From: Promethearchaeota archaeon
GTDB taxonomy: Archaea; Asgardarchaeota; Lokiarchaeia; Sigyniarchaeales; SOKP01
DNA length: 64,000 bases
Direction of reading: 5' to 3'
Assembly (NCBI GenBank): GCA_048938025.1
Contig: JBHLMP010000006.1
Location: forward strand, 23,316 to 87,315
The stretch's first letter is position 1, and each line of letters begins with the position of its first letter. The position numbers and the translations under genes are program-made. The notes beneath the pieces were generated by a model. It had not been told where the DNA came from, ran no database searches, and saw only the letters and a list, made by a program, of their open reading frames with translations. Positions 17,593 to 28,224 of this stretch are shown here, piece after piece.

Positions 17593-19905
17593 TTAAACAG
17601 CAACTTGAAAAATATTTTTCTCTATTAATTTAAGAATTATTTCAATATCTTTAGGGCTGCAAGTTGTTTCAGATATTAAATCTTTAATATGAAAAAAATC
17701 TGTACCCTTTTTTTTCATAATTGATATTGCATCATCAATAAAATATTTCTCATTAGGGCTAATTCGAATTTTCTCTAATTTATCTCCATTAACAAATTTT
17801 AGAGGATATACAATTGATACATTAAGATGTTTTACAAGTAAATCTTCTATAGTTTTAAATTTTCTAACATCTCCATCAAATTGATCAATTAAATTCCCAT
17901 AATTCTTATAGATATCATAAGCTAAATCTTCAAGTGAATAGAGTAAAAATTCTGATGGACTTTCTTTTAATATGAGAATTAATCTAATATTTACAAATTC
18001 GCTCATTAATACAATTGAATTTCTATATTCTAATTTTATGGTCTGAGATTGATTTTCAACTTTCATTAATTCAATTCCAAATGAAGAAAGGGCTTGTAAA
18101 AACCCGGAAATTAAAGTACCATTTAAATCTTTACTTGTAAAACTTTGTTCATAAACACTTAATCCAGATCTCTTATTTGTCACAATAAGATAATCAAGGT
18201 TCATAATATCCATACATTTACTGAATTTTTTATGCTCTTCCTCAATCTTACTAGCTCGAATCTTTTTAATTGTTCGATAAGATATTAATCCCCCAACAAT
18301 CCCTACTATTCCTAGTATAACACCAGTAACAATCCATATTGGATCTATAGTAAAGGGGATCGGAGGTTTAGCTACTTGAAAGTCTTGAGACTGAACACCT
18401 GCATCTGTGTTATTATTCCAATAAATTAAAATATAATATGAGCCTTCACGTGAATTTGATGGAATTGTATAAGAAAATAACTGTTCTGTAGAACTAATTT
18501 CTCTTGTTTCTATTGGTTCTTCATAACCAAAACCTAATGAATTGATAAAAAAGAATGTTAGATTACCTTCGGGTGCTGGTGCAGAAACAGTAAATTGTAA
18601 TTCTTGTCCTGGTTCCCAATCCAAGACAGGAAGGTTTAAGTCAAAAATTATATCTGGCGAATTTGCAGTGATTCTCCATTCAGCACCACCAAGTATAATA
18701 CTATTAGGAATGAGAATTGTATTTGTATTATTATCTATAATGGTACTAGATGTAAGGTTATCCCATGATAATCCTAATTTTCGAGATATTGTAAAGTTAT
18801 ACCAACTATCTGGATAATTAAACTTTACATAATAGTTAGAACCTACACTATTTAAAAGCGGAAATAGTGACCAACGATTATTAGATTCTTCAACAATTGC
18901 AGAGGCTTTAGTTGAAAAGTTATTGTTTAGAGTAATTGAAAAATTATAATCATAATTTAATATCAGAGACTGATTAATCATGATGGGAATATTTAAATCA
19001 ATCTCCTCAGAAAAGTGAGTTAAATCGGATAAATTTAAGAACCCATCCCCTATAGTTAATCCATCAGTTATTTCATAATTATCTCCATTAAATTGAGCAG
19101 TCATATTTAATTCTGAAGGAAAATATAGTTGATTTGGATCAGAAATTTTCAATTTGCATAAGAAACTTGAATTTACTGTACCAATAGCCCAAGAAGTTAT
19201 ATAAGAGGAAGAATGCAAGAAAGGAATCTCAGGATCTAAATCATCTTTCTGCCAAAAATACTTTGCTTGATCATCTATAGGTAACCCAGTTCCGTTCATT
19301 ACTAATGAATAATTTCCAATCGGTAATGTAATAGGATTTGTAATAAAATCTTGATAATACCAATCTAAATCAGTAGATATATTTAAATTGATAGATCTAT
19401 AAATTATACCATTAGGTATGGAATTAATTTCGTTAAATCCTTGAAGTTGGAATTTAATTGTCTCGTTTGCCTGTGGGGTTTTATATGCTTTGATGTACAC
19501 ACCTAGTAAATCGGTTTCCTCCAAAATTTCAATTTGAGTCGCTAGAGCAAAGGTTCGAAAATTAACATTTTTATTCCATACTTGCCCCAATGCAGTTTCA
19601 CTTTCTTCAATAACTCTAACATCACTTCCTAAACTTATGTCAGAAAAATTAATTTGTATATTTGAAATTGTCCAATTTGGTTCTGGTAAATCGATTTGAA
19701 TTGAACTAACATTCTCTTTCAATCCTTCAATTTGACAATATTCATAAAATCCAAATTTAGATGAAATTGTAAAAGGTTCACCATTAGTTTGAGCATTTGA
19801 AAATCCTATGAAATTATTTAAAAATAAAAGAAAAAAGAATAGAACTAATATGATTCCTAAAACAGTTTTCGATTTAGATATACTTAGTCCCATAAAATTG
19901 ATCAA
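17593..19905 (-). CDS. Single-pass membrane protein, paralog B of 15169-17445
   Basis: Same architecture as paralog A. Shared blocks WRITANSP, FINSLGF and LDYLIVTNKRSGLSVYEQ...LISGFLQALSSFGIEL...IKLEYRNSIVLMSEF. Alternative start at 19893. Confidence 0.6.
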   Translation of the reverse strand: MINFMGLSISKSKTVLGIILVLFFFLLFLNNFIGFSNAQTNGEPFTISSKFGFYEYCQIEGLKENVSSIQIDLPEPNWTISNIQINFSDISLGSDVRVIEESETALGQVWNKNVNFRTFALATQIEILEETDLLGVYIKAYKTPQANETIKFQLQGFNEINSIPNGIIYRSINLNISTDLDWYYQDFITNPITLPIGNYSLVMNGTGLPIDDQAKYFWQKDDLDPEIPFLHSSSYITSWAIGTVNSSFLCKLKISDPNQLYFPSELNMTAQFNGDNYEITDGLTIGDGFLNLSDLTHFSEEIDLNIPIMINQSLILNYDYNFSITLNNNFSTKASAIVEESNNRWSLFPLLNSVGSNYYVKFNYPDSWYNFTISRKLGLSWDNLTSSTIIDNNTNTILIPNSIILGGAEWRITANSPDIIFDLNLPVLDWEPGQELQFTVSAPAPEGNLTFFFINSLGFGYEEPIETREISSTEQLFSYTIPSNSREGSYYILIYWNNNTDAGVQSQDFQVAKPPIPFTIDPIWIVTGVILGIVGIVGGLISYRTIKKIRASKIEEEHKKFSKCMDIMNLDYLIVTNKRSGLSVYEQSFTSKDLNGTLISGFLQALSSFGIELMKVENQSQTIKLEYRNSIVLMSEFVNIRLILILKESPSEFLLYSLEDLAYDIYKNYGNLIDQFDGDVRKFKTIEDLLVKHLNVSIVYPLKFVNGDKLEKIRISPNEKYFIDDAISIMKKKGTDFFHIKDLISETTCSPKDIEIILKLIEKNIFQVAV

Positions 19906-20099
19906 TATATATATTCTAATTGTGAAGATGCTTGATTAAATCTTAATAGCAAATCCCCGTATATAAAAAAATTCGTAATATTTTATAAATTTATGTTTGT
20001 TTTATTCACCTTTTTCAGCTAACTTTTTAGAATATCAAAATTTATTCTTTTCTACTCATCTTTTTCTAAGTAGCCGCTATTCTTTTTGGATTTTTTGTC

Positions 20100-20290
20100 T
20101 GAGCTTTAATCGCTTCATGAAGTAATTTATTCACTAACTTAGATCGCTCTATTAGGCATACAGGTTGGATTTGTACAGAAATGATTTGTAAACCTTATAC
20201 CTTCTTTTGCCAATCTATCAATATTTGGTGTCTTTATAATCGGATTTCCAGCAAATCCTAAATGATCTGTTCTTTTAATTTTTCACTCAT
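20100..20290 (-). pseudogene. Sulfatase (arylsulfatase-family) N-terminal remnant, frameshifted and truncated
   Basis: The minus-strand translation of ~20142-20267 reads [41 protein letters not shown], which includes the CxPxR sulfatase signature. The ATG at 20290 is out of frame with it, and the frame ends after ~42 aa. Confidence 0.7.
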
Positions 20291-20340
20291 TTAATTTTAC
20301 TTCGTTTTTTCAAAATATATTATTTTCTCATAATGTTGGT

Positions 20341-21516
20341 TCAACAGTCTTTCAGAGGAGTCATAAATCCACCAGCAGTTCTTTCTGTTAATGGACTCAT
20401 TGAATTGCATTCCTTAATTTGAACATTTGTATCTAAATAAAATGTGCCAATCTTCTGAGCTTTATCATACAACTCGTTTTTTAAATTATCTTCGATTGAA
20501 TTAAATAAATAAAACTTAAAAAGTGGTTCAGAATTTTCTTCAACATCCCAAATTCCGTTTATTTTTCCATTTATCAAAATAGTAGCTGCAGCATTACCGG
20601 ACCGATCAAAAACTCTGTCATAATTACTATAGTTAATATATCTTCCCCGTTCTTTATATCCCATAAGATAAGGATCGAGTTCAGGCAAAAAATTTAAGAC
20701 TTTTTCCTTAGAATTATCAACATCTTTTAATTGATTCATATCAGACTTAAAGATAATAAAATCACCCTCAATATTCAAGACTTTTATTCTCTCTAACTGT
20801 TCTTCGATAATTTTTAATGCTCCTCGTATCTTTGTCTTTGTTAAACCTGTCCACCAAGAAATATCACTTTCAGTTACTGGACCATATGATTTCACATATC
20901 TTTCGACTAGCTGCTTTATTGCATCTTTTTCATTAAATTCTGCTAAATGTATGGTTGGAAACTGTTCACTGAAGAGAATATATTTATTTCGTCTGTCTTT
21001 CCAATCTTTAATGGGTCTACCTCTAATTAATAAGCCATGATTACACATCAATTGAATAATTGCCGGTATATTTGATTCTGAATTCAAATCTTTCCGTATT
21101 TCAGATGCAGATAACTCTTTTCCTTTTAAAATTTTAATAATAGAATTTGATATCTCTTGGTAATCTTTTAAAGAAATTTTATGATACTCCATATATTTTT
21201 GGAAAGTTTTTTCAGAAAGTTTAAATGTTGCAGCATGTACAATAGGAATCATGTTTTTTGTTTGAATAAACAAAGTTCTGCGCATACCGCGAATTCTACC
21301 CATAGTTTTGTTTATGTAGAGTTCTTTTTCTAAATCAGCTTTTTTGAAATTTCGTGTTCTTATAAAAAGTGCCAAATAAGATGTTTTAAGGTCGGTAGAA
21401 TGAAGGCCGCATAGATCTTCAGTTATTTGAATAATATCGTTAGTCTTATTATCTTCAGTTAAATGTTGTTTTTTTAAAACTAATTTATTTACTTGGATTA
21501 AATCGAAAGTATTCAT
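20341..21516 (-). CDS. Winged-helix DNA-binding protein of the AlkZ/YcaQ (DUF1006) DNA-glycosylase-like family
   Basis: 391 aa. Family-like blocks LHSTDLKTSYLALFIRT and LPELDPYLMGYKERGRY (compare the LLPxFDxxLLGYxDR pattern). Confidence 0.55.
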   Translation of the reverse strand: MNTFDLIQVNKLVLKKQHLTEDNKTNDIIQITEDLCGLHSTDLKTSYLALFIRTRNFKKADLEKELYINKTMGRIRGMRRTLFIQTKNMIPIVHAATFKLSEKTFQKYMEYHKISLKDYQEISNSIIKILKGKELSASEIRKDLNSESNIPAIIQLMCNHGLLIRGRPIKDWKDRRNKYILFSEQFPTIHLAEFNEKDAIKQLVERYVKSYGPVTESDISWWTGLTKTKIRGALKIIEEQLERIKVLNIEGDFIIFKSDMNQLKDVDNSKEKVLNFLPELDPYLMGYKERGRYINYSNYDRVFDRSGNAAATILINGKINGIWDVEENSEPLFKFYLFNSIEDNLKNELYDKAQKIGTFYLDTNVQIKECNSMSPLTERTAGGFMTPLKDC

Positions 21517-21566
21517 ATAGTATCGACTAGTAATATTATCATTAAAAATAAAAAAATTGATTAAAA

Positions 21567-22166
21567 TTAAGATTTAATTTTTTTAAGCACAAAAGCAAAG
21601 TTTCTACCTAATCTCTCAAATGTTTGTATACCCTCTTCATCATTCAATACATCTCCCGGATCCTTACCCACTCCAAGGTTCCAATAGCTTGAGCCAACAA
21701 CTATCATCTGCTTTATCAAGAAAAAATAGTTAATGCTAGAAAAGACATGAACCGCTCCTGCTCTTCTAACGGCAACCACTGCAGCACCAACTTTATTTTT
21801 TAAATGTCTTCCTGTAGCATATCCAGCTCTTTCTATTAATGCTTTTGTACTTGTAGTTAGATTTGAGAAATAAGTTGGTGATCCAATGATGATTCCGTCT
21901 GCTTCAAGCATTTTTTGGATATATTCATTCATTTTATCATTTGGTAAAACACATTTTTGATCATCATTGTCTACACATTGTAAACAAGCGGTACATCCTT
22001 GTAATTTTTCCATTCCTATCCAATTATAATCACATTCGATTCCTGCAGCCTTTAATTCTTTCATAACAGTATTTAAGCAATGATATGTATTTCCTTCCTT
22101 TCTTGGACTTCCATTAAATAATACGACTTTCACTTTTAGTACTCCTAAATTATGATTATTTTTCAA
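21567..22166 (-). CDS. NADPH-dependent FMN reductase / iron-sulfur flavoprotein (Isf)-like
   Basis: VVLFNGSPRKEGNT flavodoxin-like start and compact Cys cluster GCTACLQC...C. Confidence 0.7.
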   Translation of the reverse strand: MKNNHNLGVLKVKVVLFNGSPRKEGNTYHCLNTVMKELKAAGIECDYNWIGMEKLQGCTACLQCVDNDDQKCVLPNDKMNEYIQKMLEADGIIIGSPTYFSNLTTSTKALIERAGYATGRHLKNKVGAAVVAVRRAGAVHVFSSINYFFLIKQMIVVGSSYWNLGVGKDPGDVLNDEEGIQTFERLGRNFAFVLKKIKS

Positions 22167-22246
22167 TAATTATTATTATACTATTAATTTTACCAATGAT
22201 TACATTTTAAAAATTGGAAAAAAAGGAGATTTTGATAAATAAGTAT

Positions 22247-22990
22247 TTACTTTTTTTTTAGAAATAATCTTTCCATCCATTTTGGGAGCATAAAGCCTCC
22301 GTAAAATTCGATTGAGCTCGAAATTAAGATCAACCTAGCTACTATTAGTATGATAATTGAAATTCCACTCAAAATTTCTAATACTGAGCCCAAAACAAAG
22401 GATGTAAAAGCAGCAAAAAGCAATTTTCCTTTTAATCTGATTTCAGGACTGCCAGATTTTAAGGATTGGCGAGCAAAAAAGAAACCAGTTATTAGTACCA
22501 TCAAAACAAGGAAAAGTTGGTAAGCTGTAACAAAGAATTCATACTCAGCATCAACAGGACTAGTAACTTCTCCTATTAATGTATGGTCAATTAGGAGTAC
22601 TGTGAAAAATACCATTTCGAATATAATTCCAGTAATTGCAAAAATTAGTAAAATTGTTGTCTGTCTTTTTTTATAGAGAAGATCGGTGAAGGCAGTCATC
22701 CAAATATACGCGGTTATTGGTAATGGAACCACTCCAATTATAAAATAATACTGAGGTGCTGACATATAGCCATTACCATCAGTTAATAATGCGACTAAAA
22801 ATGAAGAAGAACTCGCATACCAACTCGAGACAATTCCAAGCCAAACAAGACCGACGAGTAATATTATTCTATTTTTTGATTTAGGATATTTTGCGATAAT
22901 GGTAATCCCAATTACTATTGATATCAGAACAAAGATTAAGCTAAAAATTCCATTTATAAACTCATCCGGAGTTAAAGTCATAAATATCAC
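22247..22990 (-). CDS. Hypothetical polytopic membrane protein (about 7 TM)
   Basis: 247-aa ORF, hydrophobic throughout. No motif recognised. Confidence 0.5.
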   Translation of the reverse strand: MIFMTLTPDEFINGIFSLIFVLISIVIGITIIAKYPKSKNRIILLVGLVWLGIVSSWYASSSSFLVALLTDGNGYMSAPQYYFIIGVVPLPITAYIWMTAFTDLLYKKRQTTILLIFAITGIIFEMVFFTVLLIDHTLIGEVTSPVDAEYEFFVTAYQLFLVLMVLITGFFFARQSLKSGSPEIRLKGKLLFAAFTSFVLGSVLEILSGISIIILIVARLILISSSIEFYGGFMLPKWMERLFLKKK

Positions 22991-23101
22991 TTTTTTCTAA
23001 TTCATTAAAGATGTTATTCATTGATTTAATATGTGTAATAGTCCAATAAATAATATTATATCACAAATTTATTAATTTATTATTAATCCATTAGAATCTC
23101 T

Positions 23102-23497
23102 CTATTCTAATCTTTCAATTCTAAAAATAACTGGTCTAAACCAATCAGTACATCCCGTAATTACGGTACCCTTTTGTTTCATGCCAATAATATTACCTCC
23201 TGATGCTATGGTCATTATATCTTTACGTATATCTGCCCAAGCCCAATCACAAAAACCTTCCGGTACACTTGCTAAATTCGGATCTATGATGAATTCTTGA
23301 CCATCTTCAAAACGTTCACATAAATTTATATCATGATATCGGTCTATGATGTATTCTTCAATTAAATCTTTATTAATTGAACGTTTAAGTACAGTTATTT
23401 TACATTTTGGCATCTTAGAACCCATTTTGAAATCCTCTTTTTTAATTAAAATAAATTTTCGCTTTTTAACATAAATTATTTTAGAGCTGTTTTTCAT
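23102..23497 (-). CDS. TIGR04076-family protein
   Basis: MPKCKITVLKR...CERFEDGQEF...PEGFCDWAW...GCTDWFRPVIFRIERL matches the family pattern. The true start is probably at 23425 or 23413. Confidence 0.65.
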   Translation of the reverse strand: MKNSSKIIYVKKRKFILIKKEDFKMGSKMPKCKITVLKRSINKDLIEEYIIDRYHDINLCERFEDGQEFIIDPNLASVPEGFCDWAWADIRKDIMTIASGGNIIGMKQKGTVITGCTDWFRPVIFRIERLE

Positions 23498-23531
23498 ATA
23501 TTTTCATATAATAAAGAATTTATTCAAATCC

Positions 23532-24779
23532 ATGAATTCTATCATACTTGAACGTCCTGAATTACTTGCTCCTTGTCAAGATTTTAATTCATTAAGGTTT
23601 GTTGTTGGGATAGCAGATGCTATATATTTTGGAGTAAGTAAGTATAGCATGCGCATAAAGGCAAAAGGTTTTAAAAGTGACGATTTAAGAAAAATTGCAG
23701 AGTTTTGCCATAACCAGAATCCACCTATGAAAGCCTACTTAACTACAAATATTTTAATTTATGATTCTGAATTACAAGATTTAGAAACTTTGATCTTAGA
23801 AGCTAAAGAAGCAAAGATTGATGCTATAATTGCTCATGATCTTGCTGTACTAAAATTTGCAAAACAAAATAAGATGGATTTTCATATATCAACCCAAGCA
23901 AATGTGTCTAACATTGAAGCAGCAAAATTTTATGAAGAATTAGGGGCTGAAAGGATTATTTTAGCAAGAGAGCTCTCTTTAAAGCAAATAAAACTCATTA
24001 AACATCACCTCTCAAAAACTAAAATTGAATCTTTTGTTCACGGTTCGATGTGTACTTCAATTTCAGGAAGATGTTATTTGTCTGCTACTGTTTGTGATTC
24101 TGAGGAATATTCAGCAAACCGAGGAAATTGTGTTCAGCCATGTAGGAGAGAATGGCGAGTTATTGACGATGAGAATAATGAATTTATCTATGATGGTCAA
24201 ATGTTTTTGAACACGAAAGATTTGTGTATGATTGAATATATTCCTCATCTTATTGATGCGAACATAGATGCTTTTAAAATAGAAGGTAGATTGAAGGATC
24301 CACTTTATATAAAAGTAGTAACAGAATGTTATAAAGAAGCTCTTGATAGTTTTTTTAATAGAACTTATACAAAAGAAAGAATTAAAAATTGGCTTCAAAG
24401 ACTATCTAAAGTGTATAATCGGGGCTTTCATACTGGTTTTTATTTTAGAAGACCTACTATTGAAGATATTCAATTAGAGCAAAGAGGTAATATTTCGCCT
24501 TACAAAAAACATTATCTTGGGAAGATTATAGCTTTTGATAAGATGAGTAAAACAGCCAATGTTCTGCTTGAAAGTTTAGAAGTACCACTAAAATTAGGAG
24601 ATGAAATTATAATCATTGGGAATAACACTTATTCAATAGAAACCATAAAAAAAATGATTTATAAAGGTGAGAAGATCAAGAGTATTGTAAGGAAAAGATA
24701 TAGCGATCCAGTAAAAATTAATTTACGTATTGACAATTGCGAAACAAACGATAAAATTTATATCATTTCAAAAACATAA
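23532..24779 (+). CDS. Peptidase U32 family protein
   Basis: ESFVHGSMCTSISGRCYLS fits the U32 signature E-x-F-x2-G-[SA]-[LIVM]-C-x4-G-x-C-x-[LIVM]-S. Confidence 0.85.
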   Translation: MNSIILERPELLAPCQDFNSLRFVVGIADAIYFGVSKYSMRIKAKGFKSDDLRKIAEFCHNQNPPMKAYLTTNILIYDSELQDLETLILEAKEAKIDAIIAHDLAVLKFAKQNKMDFHISTQANVSNIEAAKFYEELGAERIILARELSLKQIKLIKHHLSKTKIESFVHGSMCTSISGRCYLSATVCDSEEYSANRGNCVQPCRREWRVIDDENNEFIYDGQMFLNTKDLCMIEYIPHLIDANIDAFKIEGRLKDPLYIKVVTECYKEALDSFFNRTYTKERIKNWLQRLSKVYNRGFHTGFYFRRPTIEDIQLEQRGNISPYKKHYLGKIIAFDKMSKTANVLLESLEVPLKLGDEIIIIGNNTYSIETIKKMIYKGEKIKSIVRKRYSDPVKINLRIDNCETNDKIYIISKT

Positions 24780-24836
24780 TCAAATGATTTTTGTCAGACT
24801 CCAATCTAATTATAGAAAATATTATCAGATACAATT

Positions 24837-25508
24837 ATGACCTTTGAGGAGAAAAGAAGAAGATTGGTTGAAAGTCTTACAAGTCGAAAAATCTTAACAG
24901 ATCCAAAAGTAGTTAGAGCAATGTTAATAGTTCCTAGACACAAATTTGTACCTGAAGAGGCTGTTTCTTCTGCTTATATGGATTCTCCTCTATCAATTGG
25001 TCAAGGTCAAACAATAAGCGCACCTCATATGAACGCCATGATGTGTGAATATCTTGAACTTAAAGAGGGAGAAAAGGTTTTAGAAGTTGGAACAGGTTCG
25101 GGATATCATGCTGCTTTATGTGCAGAATTAGTTGCCCCAAAAGATTCAGAATCAAAAGGGCATGTATACACAATTGAACGCATCAAACAGTTAGTTGAAG
25201 GAGCTAAACGTAATCTGAAAGATACAGGATATGAGAATATTGTAACGGTAATTCATGGTGATGGTACATTAGGATATCCAGAGGCAGCTCCATATGATAA
25301 GATTTTAGTAACTGCTGCTTCACCTAGCAAAATTCCTCAACCGCTAAAAGAACAATTAAAAAATGGTGGAGTATTGTGCGTTCCAGCAGGTTCGAAAAAT
25401 TTTGCCCAAAACTTATATATTATTAAAAAAAGAGGAGAAAAATTCGAAACCAAACGTGTTTCTGGAGTAAGATTTGTTCCTCTAATTGGAAAATATGGAT
25501 TTGATTAA
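24837..25508 (+). CDS. pcm: Protein-L-isoaspartate O-methyltransferase
   Basis: PRHKFVPE, GQTISAPHM and VLEVGTGSGYHAA motifs. Confidence 0.9.
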   Translation: MTFEEKRRRLVESLTSRKILTDPKVVRAMLIVPRHKFVPEEAVSSAYMDSPLSIGQGQTISAPHMNAMMCEYLELKEGEKVLEVGTGSGYHAALCAELVAPKDSESKGHVYTIERIKQLVEGAKRNLKDTGYENIVTVIHGDGTLGYPEAAPYDKILVTAASPSKIPQPLKEQLKNGGVLCVPAGSKNFAQNLYIIKKRGEKFETKRVSGVRFVPLIGKYGFD

Positions 25509-25813
25509 ATTATAGAATATTAAATTATTCTTAAAATGAGTTTATTCAGAAAAATTATGTTTTAGCTTTTTTTCCATTAATTTTTTACGAACACTTTTTA
25601 CGTATTCGTTATTTTGTATTCTATCTTTTATAGATTTGTTATTATAGGCCCAGCCATTACGCTTTTCAAAGTTATTTCCTTTAATTGTAACTCATTCTCT
25701 TTTTTTAATGTTTCTTTACTTTTATTACTACATTAATATTTAAAAAGATAATCAAAACCGACAGAAGTCCTCCTAATCCTAACAAAATTGTAAAAGATAT
25801 AAAAGTATAAATA

Positions 25814-28003
25814 TTAAAAAATCTTTATTTGGAGAGTAATTTCAAAATTTTTACCTATTTTAATGAGAGGAGTAACATTTATTCCTTGATAGATCTTTTT
25901 ATATCCTTCTTCAGTGTAGGCATATGCAATTATTGGAAATTTATTAATTTTAACTGAATCTACTTTACTCAAAATAGTAAATTCGATATTTAAGTTGTAA
26001 GAATCATCATATGCTTTAAAATGGGATCCCTCATATTGGAAAGGCTCTAGTAGATCTTTTTCCTTATCATCCTTGAGTTCTACTTGAGCACTCTCCCATC
26101 GGAATTTATTTGTATCCCCATTAAAGAAAAAGGGAAGATCAATTGCTAGCTGTAAATTATTAACAATCCTCTCTAGTTCTTCTTCTTGACCAGGGATTTC
26201 CTCAAAATTAACTCTTAGTATTGCTTCAATTTGGTTCTCTTCAACATAAATATCTTTTGTAATCAAACACGGATTTCTAAAATTTGTTTTGGTATCTTTT
26301 ACTGTTCCATGTTTTTCCATTTCTAAAATTGCGAGTTTAACATCTTTTTCACTACTTGTAACCTTAAAATTACCGTCAATAAAATCACCAAACTCATAAT
26401 ATTGATCCGTATACAATTGTTCCAGATTATCATCTTTGTGTAAAAATCTTATCCGCAACATGCTCCGCCTAAATTTATCTACTAAAACCTCTTTATCTTT
26501 AAGTTTTTTACTTTCATGATAAGCTTCTTGCCATCTTGTTAATGTATTAAGTACATTATAAGATTTAGGTTTGTAATCTAATTCAAAAATCGTCCCACCG
26601 TTAGAGGGATTAATATAAAGATTAAGTAATTTTGATTCAATCAAATAATCTGTTTTACTATCTTTGTTAAAATCTAAAGGAGTTATATAAATATATGATT
26701 CTAAAGCTGGATTCATTAGAGTGTTTATCTCATCAATTAACTTCTCAGCATTAATTAAGTGAGAATATACTGAAAATCTTAAAAATTGTAAATAAACTCC
26801 TCCAAAAAGCCCATGCCAATAGCAGTCATTACACTGTGACTTATAAATCTCATCCCATGCTTCATTTATTTTATCTAGAATTTTTGGAATTAAGACGTCA
26901 TCATCGACTTCTATTAATCGTTCTTCTGCCTTAATAAGTTTTTCTCTTACATAAAGCATTTTTTTGTGCATATTATTAGATTCAGGATATTTCACGAGAA
27001 AATATCGCCAAAATCCTCCCTTTAAAAACAAATACTCATCTTGTTTTTCAGGGTCATCTTTCAATGCTTTCCTAATTTTTTTAAAACGCTTTCGAATTGG
27101 TGTTAATAACACCCATTCTTCCATTTTATCATAACTTGCTGTGGGAAGATACACCAATCCTTTTGCTGCAAATTGCTCCATATATTCAGATAATGTTAAA
27201 GATTTAATCCATTTATTATTTTTAATCTGTTCAAAAAAGGAAGGAATAAATGGCTTTCCATTATCACCATCCTTATGTCCTTGGCCTTCAACATAGCAGA
27301 TTTCGTGGGTTGTACCCCACACTCCCATCTTTTCTGCATCTGAGATCAGTAATGCTACTCTATCACCTTGAAAATCTGCCATTTTCTTTAAATAATCAAT
27401 TGAATAATAACTTGGCTTCCATGGTGTCAAATATCTCAGCTCTTCATTGATTGGAAAGACTCTTAACGTTTTTCCATCATCTTCAGTAATATAAGTGTAA
27501 AATGTATTTTCTTCAGTTATCCCTGTTGATCGAAAATGATTGTCATCAACTATTACATATGTTAAACCAACATCATTTAGAAAGGAAGGATAATTGGGTT
27601 CCCAAACTCTTTCAGATAACCATGCACCTTTCACATCTAATCCAAATTCTGCTTGGATTAATTCTGATAACTTTTTTATTTGAGCAATCTTATCACGGTA
27701 TGGTATAATAGAAAAAATAGGCTCATAATAACCACCACCAATTATTTCAACTTGGTTTCTTCTTGCCATTTCCTTTAGCTTTTGAATGAATTCAGGTTTG
27801 TTTTCAATAAGCCATTCCAGCAAATTACCTGAAAAATGTAAAGTAAATTTAATTTCTGGAAATAGATATAAATTTTCTACTAAAGGCTCATAAGACTTCT
27901 TATAAACATCCTCAATAACCCAAATGAAGTTATTAACTGGCTGGTGAAAGTGAAATACAATAGGGAGGTTTATAGTTTTTTCACTCATAATTCTAGATTG
28001 CAT
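25814..28003 (-). CDS. GH57-family alpha-glucan enzyme (4-alpha-glucanotransferase / alpha-amylase type)
   Basis: VFHFHQP N-terminus, GGYYEPI, WLSERVWEP blocks, and a long C-terminal beta-rich region. Possible start at 27988. Confidence 0.8.
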   Translation of the reverse strand: MQSRIMSEKTINLPIVFHFHQPVNNFIWVIEDVYKKSYEPLVENLYLFPEIKFTLHFSGNLLEWLIENKPEFIQKLKEMARRNQVEIIGGGYYEPIFSIIPYRDKIAQIKKLSELIQAEFGLDVKGAWLSERVWEPNYPSFLNDVGLTYVIVDDNHFRSTGITEENTFYTYITEDDGKTLRVFPINEELRYLTPWKPSYYSIDYLKKMADFQGDRVALLISDAEKMGVWGTTHEICYVEGQGHKDGDNGKPFIPSFFEQIKNNKWIKSLTLSEYMEQFAAKGLVYLPTASYDKMEEWVLLTPIRKRFKKIRKALKDDPEKQDEYLFLKGGFWRYFLVKYPESNNMHKKMLYVREKLIKAEERLIEVDDDVLIPKILDKINEAWDEIYKSQCNDCYWHGLFGGVYLQFLRFSVYSHLINAEKLIDEINTLMNPALESYIYITPLDFNKDSKTDYLIESKLLNLYINPSNGGTIFELDYKPKSYNVLNTLTRWQEAYHESKKLKDKEVLVDKFRRSMLRIRFLHKDDNLEQLYTDQYYEFGDFIDGNFKVTSSEKDVKLAILEMEKHGTVKDTKTNFRNPCLITKDIYVEENQIEAILRVNFEEIPGQEEELERIVNNLQLAIDLPFFFNGDTNKFRWESAQVELKDDKEKDLLEPFQYEGSHFKAYDDSYNLNIEFTILSKVDSVKINKFPIIAYAYTEEGYKKIYQGINVTPLIKIGKNFEITLQIKIF

Positions 28004-28224
28004 TTTTCCATTAGTTTAATATAAGTAAAAGAGGATTGCTTATAAAAAATAACATTATTAATATTAATTTTTTTTATTATACTAAGGGAAACTGAGACGA
28101 TAACTAAAATTCAAAAAAAAATACAAATTTTATTAATCTACAATAATTTAGTTGATCATTAAATTTTGTGGATTTGGTATTTTTGAAAATCATAGATCTA
28201 TACTTTATAATATTGAACTCTTAA

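Noticed and set aside
25530-25700. A minus-strand open frame without a start codon, reading ...GNNFEKRNGWAYNNKSIKDRIQNNEYVKSVRKKLMEKKLKHNFSE, which might be a gene remnant.
   Set aside because: There is no recognisable family motif and no start codon. It could be chance.
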